DNA of 64,000 nucleotides from Chiloscyllium plagiosum. Its lineage: Eukaryota. The translations under genes and the position numbers were made by a program. The notes beneath the pieces were generated by a model that saw only the letters and a list, made by a program, of their open reading frames with translations, was not told the DNA's origin and ran no database searches. The stretch lies in assembly GCF_004010195.1 (NCBI RefSeq), contig NC_057719.1, positions 8,455,604 through 8,519,603 on the forward strand, given 5' to 3'. Positions 12,400 through 25,736 of this stretch are shown here, piece by piece; position 1 is the first letter of the stretch; each line of letters begins with the position of its first letter.

Positions 12400-13030
12400 T
12401 TCTGCAGCGAGTAACTGACCTCCTGACTCCCCAAAGCCAGTCCACCATCTACAAGTGTGTGATGGAATACTCCCCACTTGCCCTGGATGGGTGCAGCTCC
12501 AACAACACTCAAGAAGTTTGACACCATCCAGGACAAAGCAGTCCCTCGGTTCCAAAGCCAGAGCCACTTCCATCCAGAAGGGCAAGAGTAGCAGATTCAA
12601 GGCAGCAGTACCAACCACAAGCACCCCCACCAAGTCACTCACCTCCCTGACCATCAGTGTCTAAGTTCTGGAATTCCCTCCTTAACAGCCTTCTGGATCT
12701 ACCTCCACTAAATAGCCTGCAGCTCACTATCACCTTCTCAAGGGCAATAAATGTTAGCAAAGTTTGAGAAGATTTGTAGCCCAGGTTCAGGTTCTGGATG
12801 TAGGTTTGCTCGCTGAGCTGAAAGGTTTGCTTTCAGATGTTTTGTCACCCTACGAGGTGACATCATCAGTGAGCCTCCGGATGAAGCACTGGTGGTGTGG
12901 CCCGCTTTCTATTTCTGTGTTTGGGTGTCCTTGGGTTGGTGATGTCATTTCCTGTGGTGACATCAATTCCTGTGGTACCAGGCAATAAATTTGGCCCAGC
13001 CAGTGACGCCCATGTCCTGAGAATGAAAAA
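12400..13030 (+). mobile_element. CR1/L2-superclade LINE 3' end interrupted by a minus-strand Penelope-like pLTR (~12760-12975)
   Basis: Frame-broken VMEYSPLA.W..AAPTTLKKFDTIQDKA; tail gggcaataaat...ccagccagtgacgccc; insert carries CUGAUGA-UGUCACC(UCGUAG)GGUGAC-AAAACAUC on minus. Same LINE at ~20900-21360(-), ~34205-34520(-), ~7150-7430(-). Confidence 0.65.
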
Positions 13031-14775
13031 TAAAACTGCCATGTTTCTCCAGAATGTTGGGTTTTTTTCAATCTCCAGTATCTTGCTTATATCTTACTGG
13101 ATTTTTAAAATATGAATTCGTCAGATGCAGGGCGTCAACTTCTAAGCTATTATTTAGTGTCCACCTGCAGGGGTATCTGAGGTGCTGATAGCTGTGTGCC
13201 TTACACAAGGAGAAAGCAGATACTGGAGATCAGAGTCCAAACATATGGCCTGGAAAAGCACAGCCAGTCAAGCAGCATCCAAGGAGCAGGTGAGTCGACG
13301 TTTTGAGTATAAGCTCTTCATCAGGAATGTCCTTATATCAGGCTGACTCAGAGGGCAGTTAAGAGTCAACCACATTGCTGTGATTCTGTAGGCCAGACTA
13401 GGTAAGGACAGCAGATCATCGACCCTGAAGGACGTTTGTAAGCCAGGTGTAATTTTACAACAATCTGTTGATTCCATTTTAGCAAAACATATTTTCGAAG
13501 GATGAGGAGGGATCTGATTGATAGGCCTGGATAGAGTAGGCATGGAGAACCAGTAGGAGAGACAAGGACACCAGGGCACAGCTTCAGAGTGAAGGGATGA
13601 CCCTTCAGAACTGAAATAAGGAAGAATTTCTTCAAGCAGAGGATGGTGAATCTGTGGGACTCATTACCATAGGGGGCTGCGGCTGAATCATTGTACATAT
13701 TTAAGACAGGGGTATACAGATACGGGGTGGGGGTGGTTTCAAAGGTTATGGGGATAAAGCAGGAGAATGGGGTTGAGAAACGTATCAGCCATGATCGAAT
13801 GGCAGAGCAGACTTGATGGGCCCAATGGCCTAATTCTGCTCCTGCAACATATGGACTGATTACAGATTTATTAATTAATTCTTTGACGTTTCCTGGTGGG
13901 ATTTAGACTCATGTCTGGAGCAATAATCCAGACCTCTGGAGTAAGGGTCTGATTGCACAGAAATGTAAGTCGCTGATCTCTCCTTTCAAACTGGGGCATG
14001 GCTTTGTCCCTGCTGCTGAACACTGTTTCTACATTCTCCTGCCTCTGCGACCAGTCGCTTACATCTCAAGTTGCTTTTGATCTGTTTCCCCTGAGTGTCT
14101 CAGCCCCAAGGGCTTCAATCATTTCTTTCTGCTAATGTCTGTGCTTGTAACCTCTCGAAGATCTTGGATTCAATTCAAGTTTCATCTTCAAGATAACTGA
14201 GGCTGGTAATTGTATTCTTCAAGTGAAATTTCTCAGAAGTGATTAGATTTGAACAGCCTTGTGCAATTTCTGCAACTTTGAATCGGAGTAGAAGTTTATA
14301 TCTGTTATGAAAAAAAAATCATCTTTGTTTAGCTAAAGGATTGAGATTACATGCTCCAGACTGAGGATTGCAGAACTTTACAGCACGGAGAGACTTTGAC
14401 AGAGGAGATTTTGTGTCGAGACCGAAGCCCTTTGCTACTAGTCTGTGCCCTCTGACTGCACACTTTTGGTTAAGCTTGCTATATTCCTCCAGCCTCCTGC
14501 TTGTCTACTTTCAATTCCAGAATCTGCAGTTCTTTTTCCTCTTTTGGGTCAAATAAACTCAGTAGATAATTTCTAATCAGTCTGTTCAGAGATGTTATTA
14601 CGCAATCCTTGAGCAGGTAGGATTTGAAACTGGGCGTCCTGTCTGAGAGCTGGGGTCATTACCACTGTGAGAGTCCTGGTAAACTAGGAGAGATATTTTC
14701 TAATCAACCTGTTCAGAGATGCTATTACACACCTCCAGAGCAGGTGGGACTTGAACTGGGGTCTCCTGATCCAGA

Positions 14776-14896
14776 TGGAGGGTCTATGCCCGAAATGTCG
14801 ATTCTCCTGCTCCTCGGATGCTGCCTGACCTGCTGTGCTTTTCCAGCACCACACTCTCGACTCTGATCTCCAGCATCTGCAGTCCTCACTTTCTCC
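14776..14896 (+). mobile_element. Family A pLTR fragment with 14-bp TSD, inserted into a short tRNA-derived element
   Basis: gcccgaaatgtcgattctcctgctcctcggatgctgcc...ccagcatctgcagtcctcactttctcc flanked by tctcctgatccaga at 14762-14775 and 14897-14910. Confidence 0.8.
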
Positions 14897-15135
14897 TCTC
14901 CTGATCCAGAGGCAGAAACATTACCACTGTGGCACAAGACCCTCACAGTTACCTCGGTAAAGCTGGTAATTGTGTAATTGTTTTCAGGAGCAAAATTTAA
15001 AAGAGCTTATTGGTTGTCTCATATAAAGCAAATAAGGACAGGGGATGGGATTTGTTAGTTCAGGTGGCTAGTGTCTGGTTGAGGATAATTCCAATAGTTA
15101 TCGATTCCCATTCCTGGGGAGGTTGACTTCTTCAC

Positions 15136-16315
15136 AGAATCCCGAGAGTGTGGAAGCAGGGGCCGTTCAGCCCATTGAGTCCACACCGACCCTCTGACGA
15201 GCAGCCCACCCAGACCTACCCCTGTATTTCCCATGGCCAATCCACCTGACCTGCACATCTTTGGACTGTGAGAGGAAACCGGAGCACCCAGAGGAAACCC
15301 ACACTAACACAAGGAGAACGTGCAAACTCCACACAGACAGTGACCTGAGGGTGGAAGTGCACCGGGGCCCCTGGCACCATGTGCACCCTGTGAGGCACCA
15401 TGCCATCCTTAGAGTTGGGATCTACATCCTTACTTTGCCCCTGAGAATAGAAGTTTATTTTTTCCCCTTTTCTCTGGTTAACTGTTATTGGTTTTTAAAT
15501 CTTTCCTAATCCTCTGGTTTATCATTCAGTGCAGTGTCCCTTGCTGTCCCACTTTGGGTGTTGTTATCTAAAGAGCTACCATGCAATGCTGTGGTATCCT
15601 TTTGTTTTGTCAGCTTACCATTCCCCTCTCCCACACCATTCCCACTCTATTTCATTTAAAACCCCCTCTACATCCCTAGTCCTGACTTTCCCAGGTGCTG
15701 GACCCAGCACAGTTCAAGTGAAGCCCATTCCATTTCTCTTCCACCTTGCTGTACATTTGGAGGTGCCTTTTCTCAGATGAGCTATTAAACTGAGGCACTA
15801 TCTGCTCTCTGTGGTAGATCATAGAATCCATTCAGTGTGGAAACAGGCCATTTGGCCCAACAGGTCCACACCGACCCTCCAAAAAGTAACCCACCCAAAC
15901 CCATTCCTGTACCCTGTTACATTTCCCCTGACTAATGCACCTAACCTACATATCATTGAACACTAAGGGTAAGTTAGCATGGCCAATTCACCTAACCTGC
16001 ACATCTTTGGACTTTGGGAGGAAACCAGAGCAGGGAATCCATGCAGACACGTGGAGATTGCACAAACTCCATGCAGACAGTCACCCAAGACTGGGACTGA
16101 ACAGAGGTCCCTGGCACTGTGAGACAGCAGTGCTAACCACTGAGCCACCGTACTGCCCTCTGGTTTCCTTTCACAGTCCAAAGATGTGATGGCTAGGTGG
16201 ATTGGCCATGGGAATACAGGGGTAGGGAGATGGGTCTGGGTGCGATGTTCCTCAGAGGGTCAATGTGGACTTGATGGGCTGAATGGCCTGCTTCTACACT
16301 GTTGGGATTCTGTGA
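15136..16315. mobile_element. Cluster of HE1-type SINEs (~15136-15408 minus, ~15820-16155 minus, ~16160-16315 plus partial)
   Basis: HE1 core and tail motifs in each segment. Confidence 0.85.
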
Positions 16316-16519
16316 TTAAAAGATGCACAAGATCCTGTGGTATTATAGTGAGGAACAGCAGGTGAGTTCTCTCTGGCACCCTGGTCCTTTATATCCCACA
16401 TTCAATGTCACAAAAACCATCTTGCCATCAGTGCATTGTTATTTGTGGGATCTTACTGTGCTGCTGCATTCATGGCTGTACAACAATGGTTACCCTACAA
16501 AAGTAGTTCAAATGAAAGC

Positions 16520-16748
16520 AAAGCACTGTGGATGTCCAAGATCTGAAAAATAAACAAAGAATGCTGGAGAAACTCAGGAGGTCTGGCAGCATCTGTGGAG
16601 AGAGAAACAGCGTTATCACTACAAGCCCGAGAGAACTTCTTTGGATGGAGGAAGAGCCATACCAGACTCAAAATGTTAACTATGTTTCTCTCTCCACAGA
16701 CACTGCCAGACCGACTGAGCTGCTCCAGCATCTTCTGTTCTTATTTTA
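16520..16748. mobile_element. Palindromic family C Penelope-like pLTR element (degenerate)
   Basis: gaatgctggagaaactcag...tctggcagcatctgtggagagagaaaca versus tgtttctctctccacagacactgccagac...gagctgctccagcatc. Confidence 0.7.
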
Positions 16749-17039
16749 AGAACATTTTGTACGAAGCACTTTGATAGGTCCTGGGGATGTAAGAACATTA
16801 GAACATAAGAAATAGGAGAAGGAGTAGGCCATCTAGCCCCTTTAGCCTGCTCCACCATTCAATAAGATCCTAAGACCATAAGACATAGGAGCAGGAAGCA
16901 GGCCATTCACCCACCCACTTACCATAACTCTTAATTCCTTCACTGTTCAAAAATCTATCTTTGCCTTAAAAATGCAAGGTATGCCCTTTATTATCTATAA
17001 ATCTGGAGGTTAAAGGATGAGCGAAACATGGTAAGATTA

Positions 17040-18790
17040 TAATCACTACAGAAGCCGTACTGAGCAAATTGGAGGTTGATAAGTTTCTGAGTCCCATCAA
17101 TCTGTTTCAATGGTTTTAATAGAGGTGGCTAATGAGGTGGATGCAATGGTGTTAATTTTCACAAGATTCTGGAAAGTTTCCATTGAAGTAGGCAATGACA
17201 AAAAATAACCCCTCCATTCAAGAAGGAAGGCAAGTAGAAAACAGAAACTGGTAGATTCAGTTAGTTTGACATCTGTCGTGAGGCTCCTGTTAAAATCATC
17301 ACGAAGGAAGTTATAACTGGGCACTTAAAAAAACGCAAGGTAATAAATAAGAGTCAGCACGGATTGTCAAAGGGAAATTCTGTTGAATCAATCTATTCAA
17401 ATTCTTTGAAGGTGTAATAGAATGTGTTGATGTGCTGTCCTTGGATTTCTAGAAGGCATTTGACAAAGAGCTGCATAAAAGGTAACTTCACAAACTGGGA
17501 ACTCAGCATAGGGGGGGGTATTATAACAGAATGGATCGAAGATTGGCTGGCTGGCAGAAAATAGAGAGTATGCAGCAATCAGTTGTTTTCTGATTGATTG
17601 AATAAGATAAATGGAGTTCCACAGGGGCCTGTGCCAGACCCTCAATCCTTTTACACTCTACATCAATGACTTCAATGAGGGGACTGAAGGTAAGTTTGCT
17701 GATGACACAAAGGCAAGTAGGAACACATGACCATGACCAGTCATGATTTCATTCATTGGTGGAAGAGCCTTGAGGGGCTGAATGTCCACTCCTGTCCCTT
17801 AGTTCCTATCGAAGTATGTTGTGAAGATGAAACAGCAAGAATGCAGAGTGATATGTACAGGTTGAATGTGTGGGCAAAAATCTGGGAATATAATGTGGAA
17901 AAATGCTGTTCACTCTGGCAGGAAGAATAAAAAAGCAGATTATTCCTTGAGTGAACAATGGATGTAGAATCTCACAGTGCAGAAGGATCTAGGTGTTCTG
18001 GTGCATGTGTCACAGAAAGTTAATGTGCATGTACAGCGGATAATGAGAAAATCAAATACGGTGATATAGGAGGAATTTAATATAAAAAAAAGGAATTGAG
18101 GGAGGGAGGGGTCACTGGACCCAAAATATAAATTCTGTTATTGCTCCACAGACACTGCCAGATCTGTTGAGCTTTTCCGGCAATTTTTGGTTTTGTTTCT
18201 GATTTCCAGCATCTGCAGTTCTTTTAGTTTTAATTTTGTAAAAATAAGAATATTATGCTTCAGTTGTGCTTTAGGGCATTGGTTAGACCACATCGTGAAA
18301 ACTGTGTGCTGTTTTAGTCTCCTTATTTAAATACAGATGTAAATGCATTGGAGACTGTTCCAAGGAACTTTATGAGATTCATACCTGGAATGAGTGGGTT
18401 GACTTTGAAGAATAGGTTGGTAGGACTGGGCTTGCTTCCACTGGAGTTGAGAAGAGTTTGGGGTGATTTGATTAAAGTGTATAGAATTCTGAATGGTCTT
18501 CAAAGGGTGCTAGAGAAAGGACGTTTACTCTTCTGGCTGACTTTATAAATAGCAGACTCTGTGATAAAATTACACGAGGAGATGAGGAGAATTACATGAG
18601 GTTTCTGTGTCGTTGGAACTCTCTGCAAGGCACTGGAAGCAGGGTCTTTGAATATTTTTAGCGGATAGATTCTTGTTAGTTCGGGGATAGATGGGAATGT
18701 GGAATTTGGAACACTAACACATTAGTCATAATCTTAGTGAATTGCTGAGCAGGCTTGGAATGGCGAATGACCCACTTCCACTCCTGACAT
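17040..18790 (+). mobile_element. Old CR1-clade LINE ORF2 (RT and C-terminus), heavily decayed and interrupted
   Basis: Remnants SQHG..KGNSC, LDF.KAFDK, GVPQG, YINDF, KFADDTK, LELRRVWGDLIKVYRILNG. Confidence 0.75.
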
Positions 18791-18965
18791 GAATGCTCAT
18801 AATCTCTTCCTTTTCACCTGTTCTTTTCTGCAGTGTGGTTCGGTAAGCATTCACAGTCAGCACCAATAAACTATGAAGGCATTAAAGTTCATCTGTCTGC
18901 CCTCACCCACCACACATTTAGACTTTCAAATTCAGTCACTCCTCCTCAAACATTTCCTCTTAAGG

Positions 18966-19940
18966 GTACACCCACCTACACACACACACACACACACACA
19001 CACATCCACATACACACACACACACCCACACACACACACACACACACCCACACACACACCCACATACACACACACACACACATCCACACNNNNNNNNNNN
19101 NNNNNNNNNNNNNNNNNNNNNNNNNNNNNNNNNNNNNNNNNNNNNNNNNNNNNNNNNNNNNNNNNNNNNNNNNNNNNNNNNNNNNNNNNNNNNNNNNNNN
19201 NNNNNNNNNNNNNNNNNNNNNNNNNNNNNNNNNNNNNNNNNNNNNNNNNNNNNNNNNNNNNNNNNNNNNNNNNNNNNNNNNNNNNNNNNNNNNNNNNNNN
19301 NNNNNNNNNNNNNNNNNNNNNNNNNNNNNNNNNNNNNNNNNNNNNNNNNNNNNNNNNNNNNNNNNNNNNNNNNNNNNNNNNNNNNNNNNNNNNNNNNNNN
19401 NNNNNNNNNNNNNNNNNNNNNNNNNNNNNNNNNNNNNNNNNNNNNNNNNNNNNNNNNNNNNNNNNNNNNNNNNNNNNNNNNNNNNNNNNNNNNNNNNNNN
19501 NNNNNNNNNNNNNNNNNNNNNNNNNNNNNNNNNNNNNNNNNNNNNNNNNNNNNNNNNNNNNNNNNNNNNNNNNNNNNNNNNNNNNNNNNNNNNNNNNNNN
19601 NNNNNNNNNNNNNNNNNNNNNNNNNNNNNNNNNNNNNNNNNNNNNNNNNNNNNNNNNNNNNNNNNNNNNNNNNNNNNNNNNNNNNNNNNNNNNNNNNNNN
19701 NNNNNNNNNNNNNNNNNNNNNNNNNNNNNNNNNNNNNNNNNNNNNNNNNNNNNNNNNNNNNNNNNNNNNNNNNNNNNNNNNNNNNNNTCTCTCTCTCTCC
19801 TCCTGTCCTACACACACACACACACACATACAGACACACCGATGTAGACAGATACAGATACACACACACATACAGACACACAGACACACCGACACAGACA
19901 GATACACACACAGACACACACACAGACACACAAACACACT
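18966..19940. repeat. (CA)n-rich microsatellite spanning an assembly gap (N 19090-19788)
   Basis: Seen directly. Confidence 0.97.
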
Positions 19941-20095
19941 TCTAAATATCTAAATTCATTCACACAGGTACAAACTGTCATTCATAGTGTTTGTAATGTG
20001 CATGTATATTTCAGAACTACGTGGAACATTGGTATATATGGAATAGTTTGAAAACTTTCTGGATTGAAAGTGGTTTTATCAAGGAAGTAAGTCAA

Positions 20096-20262
20096 TCACT
20101 ATAAATGCCAGAGGAAAGATCACAGAAGCGCTTCACAGGAGGCTCCCAAGCACTGAGGATGTCACCTAGACAGGGGACGAAACGTCTGCAACACAAATTC
20201 CCAGCTCGGCGAACAGAACCACAACAACGAGCACCCGAGCTACAAATCTTCTCACAGACTTT
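20096..20262 (+). mobile_element. Solo pLTR of a Penelope-like element (family D) with 12-bp TSD
   Basis: Near-identical to 26343-26472; flanked by gaagtaagtcaa at 20084-20095 and 20263-20274. Confidence 0.85.
20150..20189 (+). ncRNA. Minimal type-I hammerhead ribozyme (family D, intact core)
   Basis: GCA-CUGAGGA-U-GUCACCU(AGAC)AGGGGAC-GAAAC-GUC-UGC; stem I GCA/UGC; copies at 26396-26435(+) and 25772-25811(-) have GUU at the cleavage site. Confidence 0.75.
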
Positions 20263-21734
20263 GAAGTAAGTCAACAGTTTAACAAGTGTTTAAGTCACCT
20301 GTTGTCTACTGAAAAATCATGTGACATTGAAGAAAAGCAAGCAAATATTTCAAGGAGATAAAAGATGGAGTTAATGGTGTTAAATACGAGAAGATCTGTT
20401 TTTAAAAAGACTAGCAAGTTTTTCTGCTGATGTTTGCCAACCAGTTGTGCACTTGGTTTTCAGTTTTATGCTGTGATGTAAGTATGTGATTTATAATAAT
20501 TAAGATAATTTATTTTAGAGTTTGGACTTTGAACGAGTGCCTCGTGAGCTTTAGTCTGTGTGTATGATGTCTTTAATGTCCGGCAATGTCCATGAATGGG
20601 TTTGCATCCATGATACACTGACTGGTGTAGATGAGAACACCTCACTGAGTTTAAATAAAAACAACGTACCAACGATGCTGGAGATCTGAAAGAAAAACAG
20701 AAAATGCTGGAGAAACTTTGCATCTGTGGAGAGATAAGCAGAATTAACATTTTAAGTTCAATGTCACTGCCTTTGGAACTTGCTGAGTACAAGGAAGGAA
20801 AATGAGAACATTTAAGAAAAAATATTAAAAATATTAAAAACCTGATAACTATCTCAGGACAGAGTAATCGTGAACAAATGAGAAAGTGCCAGAAAGATTT
20901 TTGTTTTCTTCACTGGCTGGGCAAGCATTTTTTGCCAGTTTCTAATTGCCCCTTGAGAAGGTGAGGGTGAGCTGCCTTCTTGAAACACTAATTGTAGGTA
21001 GACCCAACATTCCCTTTGGGAGGGAATTCCAGAAGTTTGACTCAATGACTGTGAAGAAACTGCGATATATTTCCAAGTCAGGATGGTGAGTGGCTTGGAG
21101 GGGAACTTGAAAGTGCTGGTGTTCCCATGTAGCTGCTGCCTTTGTCCTTCTCGGTGGAAATGGTCGTGGGTTTGGAACGTGCTGTTTGAGGATCTTTGGT
21201 GAATTTCTGCAGTGCATCTGGTAGATAGTACACACTGGTGCTACTGAGCATTGGTGGTGAAGGGAGTAGATGCTTGTGCCTTATCCTGCTTCTTGAGTGT
21301 TGCTGGAGCTGCACCCATCTAGGCAAGTGGGAAGTAGTCCAAGACACTCCTGACTTGCTTATATCCTTAAAGGCCTTGTGCATTTTGGAAGAGGCTTGAA
21401 AGGCAGTTTGGTTGCAACAAATATGGTAGCAGTTGCATTTGACAATGCTGTAACTGTATGGGATACATTTCCTAATGTGGGCTGGTTAGGAAATTAATTA
21501 ATCCTTCATCATTAATGTCATTTGGCTCAGGTCAAGATTTGCTTTCTGCCTGGGATTGATTAAAGAACCTGGGGTACATAAACCCAAACTACCCTCACAG
21601 TAATAACAGAATCCAAACTGATGGGGGAAACATCACACAGAGACACCTTTGAGTTGGTGCTCAAGGCGTTTGCGAAATCTCATTCAGCTATCGGAATGGA
21701 AATCCATTGACATTACTTGCTCTCTGTAGTTGAT

Positions 21735-22150
21735 TTTCAGAAACAAAAACTGAAATCACTGGAAAAACTTAGCAAATCTTCAGAACTGTTCTGAAGAAGG
21801 ATCACTAGGCCTGTAATGAGTTAAAAAATCACACAACACCAGGTTTATTTGGAAGCATTAGCTTTCAGGGCACTGCTCCTTCATCAAGTGGACATCAGGT
21901 AGAGTGGGTTTCGCTTCGGCGGGTCGGTGTGGACTTGTTGGGCCGATGGGCCTGTTTCCACACTGTAATGTAATCTAATCTAATCATTAGCTTTCAGGGC
22001 ACTGCTCCTTCATCAAGTGGACATCAGGTAGACCTGTAATATTGAGTCTGATTTCCCTTCACAGATGCTGCCGGACTTGCTAAGTTTCTTCCAACAATTT
22101 CTGTTTTCATTTCAAGTTTCCAGCATCCACAGTTCTTTGGGATTTTTGGA
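21735..22150. mobile_element. Nested insertion: family C element > family B pLTR > truncated HE1 tail
   Basis: cctgtaat repeated at ~21810 and ~22033; 48-bp direct repeat 21856-21903 / 21985-22032 flanking HE1 tail 21904-21984. Confidence 0.75.
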
Positions 22151-25100
22151 CAGCTAACTTTTGACTGCCTGTTGAAATGGCTCATTCACTGAGGGCCAGA
22201 GCTCAACCTCTCAAGGGCGATAAATGTTGCCAGTCTGACCCAGCAACATTGCAGGAATCGAATAAGTGAAACACAGCACTCAGGCCCTCGGGGGAAGGAG
22301 TGTGACAGGCAGGCTGAGGAGATGTTCAGGAGAGCCGGACAAAATTGAAGCTCGAAGAGAAAGAAAGAGAGATTTCAGAAAGCATTAGGAGGCTGTAATA
22401 TTAAAGGGTTGAGGTGACATTGTGTGTCAGAGTGTGAGACTTGATAGTTAATGATTATCTGCCCAGGGACAAACGTTACGACCTGCAAGACATTGTGACA
22501 TATACTTTCATTTTATGTTTCGAGCATTTACTCACATTACGATGATGGAGTGTCAGACTGAAACGATGCCCGGTGTACAGCGTTTGGCAGAAAGCCGTGA
22601 GACCAGAGTTAGCGGGAAGGAGGAGTGTGAGGTAGTGATGGAGAGAGAGGCTAACATTCCAGAATTTCACAGGAATTAAGGATAATTTTTTTAAAAAACC
22701 AATTGATTGGATTTGTTGTGCATTTTGTTTGAAAGTTTTATAAGACACAAAAATATAATTAGATTAGACCATAAGACATAGGAGCAGAAGGAGGCCAATC
22801 AGCCCATCGAGTCTGCTCCACTTCTTAATAAGATCACGGCTGATTGGATAATCCTCAACTCCACATTCCAGTCCTTTTCCCCATAACCCGCGATTCCCTT
22901 CCTGATTAAAGGTTTGTCCATCTCAGCCTGGAAAATACTTAATGACTCAACCTCAACAGCCCTCTGTGGTAAAGCATTCCACAGATTCACTGAGAGAATA
23001 AAATCCTCCTCATCTCCGTCTGAAGTATGTGACCCCATGTGGGATTCTTCCACAAGGGCAAGCACCCGTTCTGCATCTACCCTATCACGTTCCACGTGAT
23101 CCTTGTTTCTTTGTTGTTTTTAAATCATTCCCGGGATGAGGGTGTCACTGGCCGATCCCTATTTATTGCCCATCCCTAATTACTCAGAGGCCAGTTCACA
23201 GTCAATCACATTGTTGTGGGTGGAGTCACAGCCACATCATAATGGGACTTATCAACTTACTGAAGCCTCCCTGTGTCTGACCCTATCATAAAGCAGTGCC
23301 TATTTTCCAACTGGAGTCACTGAGCAACACTTCTAGTGTGCCTTATAATTTGCCTCCCTTGTCTAACACTGCTACCATCAGTCACTGAGACCCATGCATC
23401 TCTTCCCAAAACAGGCACTGACCCTGGGACCATCAGTGTTGGATGACCAGTTCCCAGTTACATGGAACACACGCACAGAGCCAGCAAGGTTCCTGGATCT
23501 CCTTTACCGTTCTAACTTCCCTCTCTCAAATTGTTTATGTGCCATTATTACTTATTTTTTAATTGAAATCAAATGTACAAAAAGTAAAACAAAATTCCTC
23601 TTGTGAAACCTTTCGCAACAATGGGAGAAGGACAGAGGTGGCAGATTCAGGAGCAAGTTCCTCTACAAGGTGCACACCATCCTGACTCGGAAGTACACAA
23701 CCTCTGGAGAATGTAGCAGTTAATGATGATTGACTGTTAACTGCCAAGCTTTGAACCCATGCAGGTAGATTTGATTTGTCAGGACACTGGTGGGAGAAGT
23801 AGACCAGCGAATGGCAATCCCCGATTTAGTTGAAATGAAACGTGTACATATCCTTTCTGTTCACAAAGAGCTGGGTATTAATGATTGTGCTCTCCGTGGA
23901 AACACGTCGACCAATTGAAAGCCCAGCTAACCAATCAGCGCTTTCCTTCATACAGTTTAAATGCTGGCTTCCCCCCCCACCCCCGATTTGGAATTCTTGT
24001 GATTCGTCCTGAAAAGTGCAAGATGAAAAGCTTCAAAATAAAACTTTTTTTTCAAGAAAAGGAAAGTTCCTGAATACTGTCCCTCACCACCTCCGTTCCC
24101 TTTAATTTCTGCAGCTACTGGGTGGAGTTCCGAGATCTGTGCATGACAACAACTGAAGAAACTGGAAGTGGATGTGTTGGCATGGCAACCGCTGTATACA
24201 GCCCCTCGGGTGGCCGCTCAGCTTAGGGAGAACATTGCTCAGCACCAGTCAACCTCCTCCAGCCCCCACCCACCCCAACGTCAACCCTCGGTGAGAGAAT
24301 GGTGTGGGGCTCTCTCACTCAGAAAGCTATTTCCCTTGGGTCTTCCTTCCAGAAGAACAGAAAGCTCCTTGCACATAACTGAAGGTGACTGGACAACAGT
24401 TAATAAAGCACATGGCATTCTCAGCCTCAGTAGGAGCAAGAGGTGATGTTGAATTTGTAGCAGACCCTGGTTAGACCTCAGCTGGAGTATTGTGTACAGT
24501 TGTGGGCACCACCTTATCGGAAAGACATGAATGCATTGGAGAGAGTGCAGAGGTGGGTTTAGTGGAATGGTACCAGGGATGAGAACCTTCAGCAGTGAGG
24601 TTAGATTGACGAAGTCATGGCTGCAGAGCTTCTCCTACCATTCCTATTTTCATGAAGGGTTACAGAAGGAAGGCGGGTGGATGACGTAGAGACACAGATT
24701 AGCCATGATCTAACTGAATATAGGAACAAACTTGAGGGGTTGAATGGCCTCCTCTGGTGCCTCATTCCCCTTAGAAGTGTTTGGTAAAAATAAAAACAAC
24801 CTTTTATTTTCAGATTAAGCCCTTTGCATTCAGTTTAATATGGAAAGGGAAGCAAAGTTAGAGTGACAATGTTGCATTAGGTTCGACTGTGAAAGGACCC
24901 CCATAACTCATAGCCACCACATTCACAAGTGATTTATGACAAGCTTTCAGATGAATGAAGCTCTGTCAGTGAAGTGCCATCAATGATGAGATATTTATTC
25001 AACAGGGAGTTCATTTTGCACTTCAAGTGCATTCTGAAAGGCATCTTGTAGATTGGACCGTGCACAGATAATTCACTGTGGTGAGCTGCGATCATTTTCG

Positions 25101-25736
25101 GTGGGCTGCTGAAATGATTATCGCTATCAACGGAATAATTAATGGCTTCTCTGTTTACGAGGTAAGAGCAAGCTCTGCAAGAAATCCACTGCGTGAATGA
25201 AAAGACTTTGGTGGCTATGAGCAGCAAGAGGAAATTTCCCTCATCCCTCACCCACCCCCTGAAATTAGGTTGAGGTTCAAATTCTACCTCATGCTACCTG
25301 TCCATTAAAAATCCAATGACAGTAGCAATCAAAGGTTGTAATTTCAGTTATCAGCTTCAGAAAGGAACATCTACCATGAAGCAGGGATAAGGCACTTGTT
25401 TCTAGGTATATTATTATGCCCCAGTTCAGGTACTTAATTGCAGTTAGTAGCCCCAAGCCACCTCCACCCATCAATGTTGAAACGGGATAAAGGACATTAA
25501 AAACTTTTGGGAATCTCAAAGTTACAGTTGGTAGATTTGAGCATTTCTAGGGCATGTCGATATAAAAAAGGTGGTGTTGGTTGTTTTGAAAAGCGTTAAG
25601 TTAGACAAGTCCCCAGGACCTGATGCAATCTATCCCGGAATGCTGAGGGAGGAAATTGTTGGCGCCTTGTGTAAAATCTTTGTATCCTCTTTAGTCACCG
25701 GAGAGGTCCCAGAGGACTGGAGATGTTTCTCCTTTG

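Noticed and set aside
18833..19945. Four 317-370 aa ORFs
   Set aside because: Artefacts of (CA)n repeats plus an N gap.
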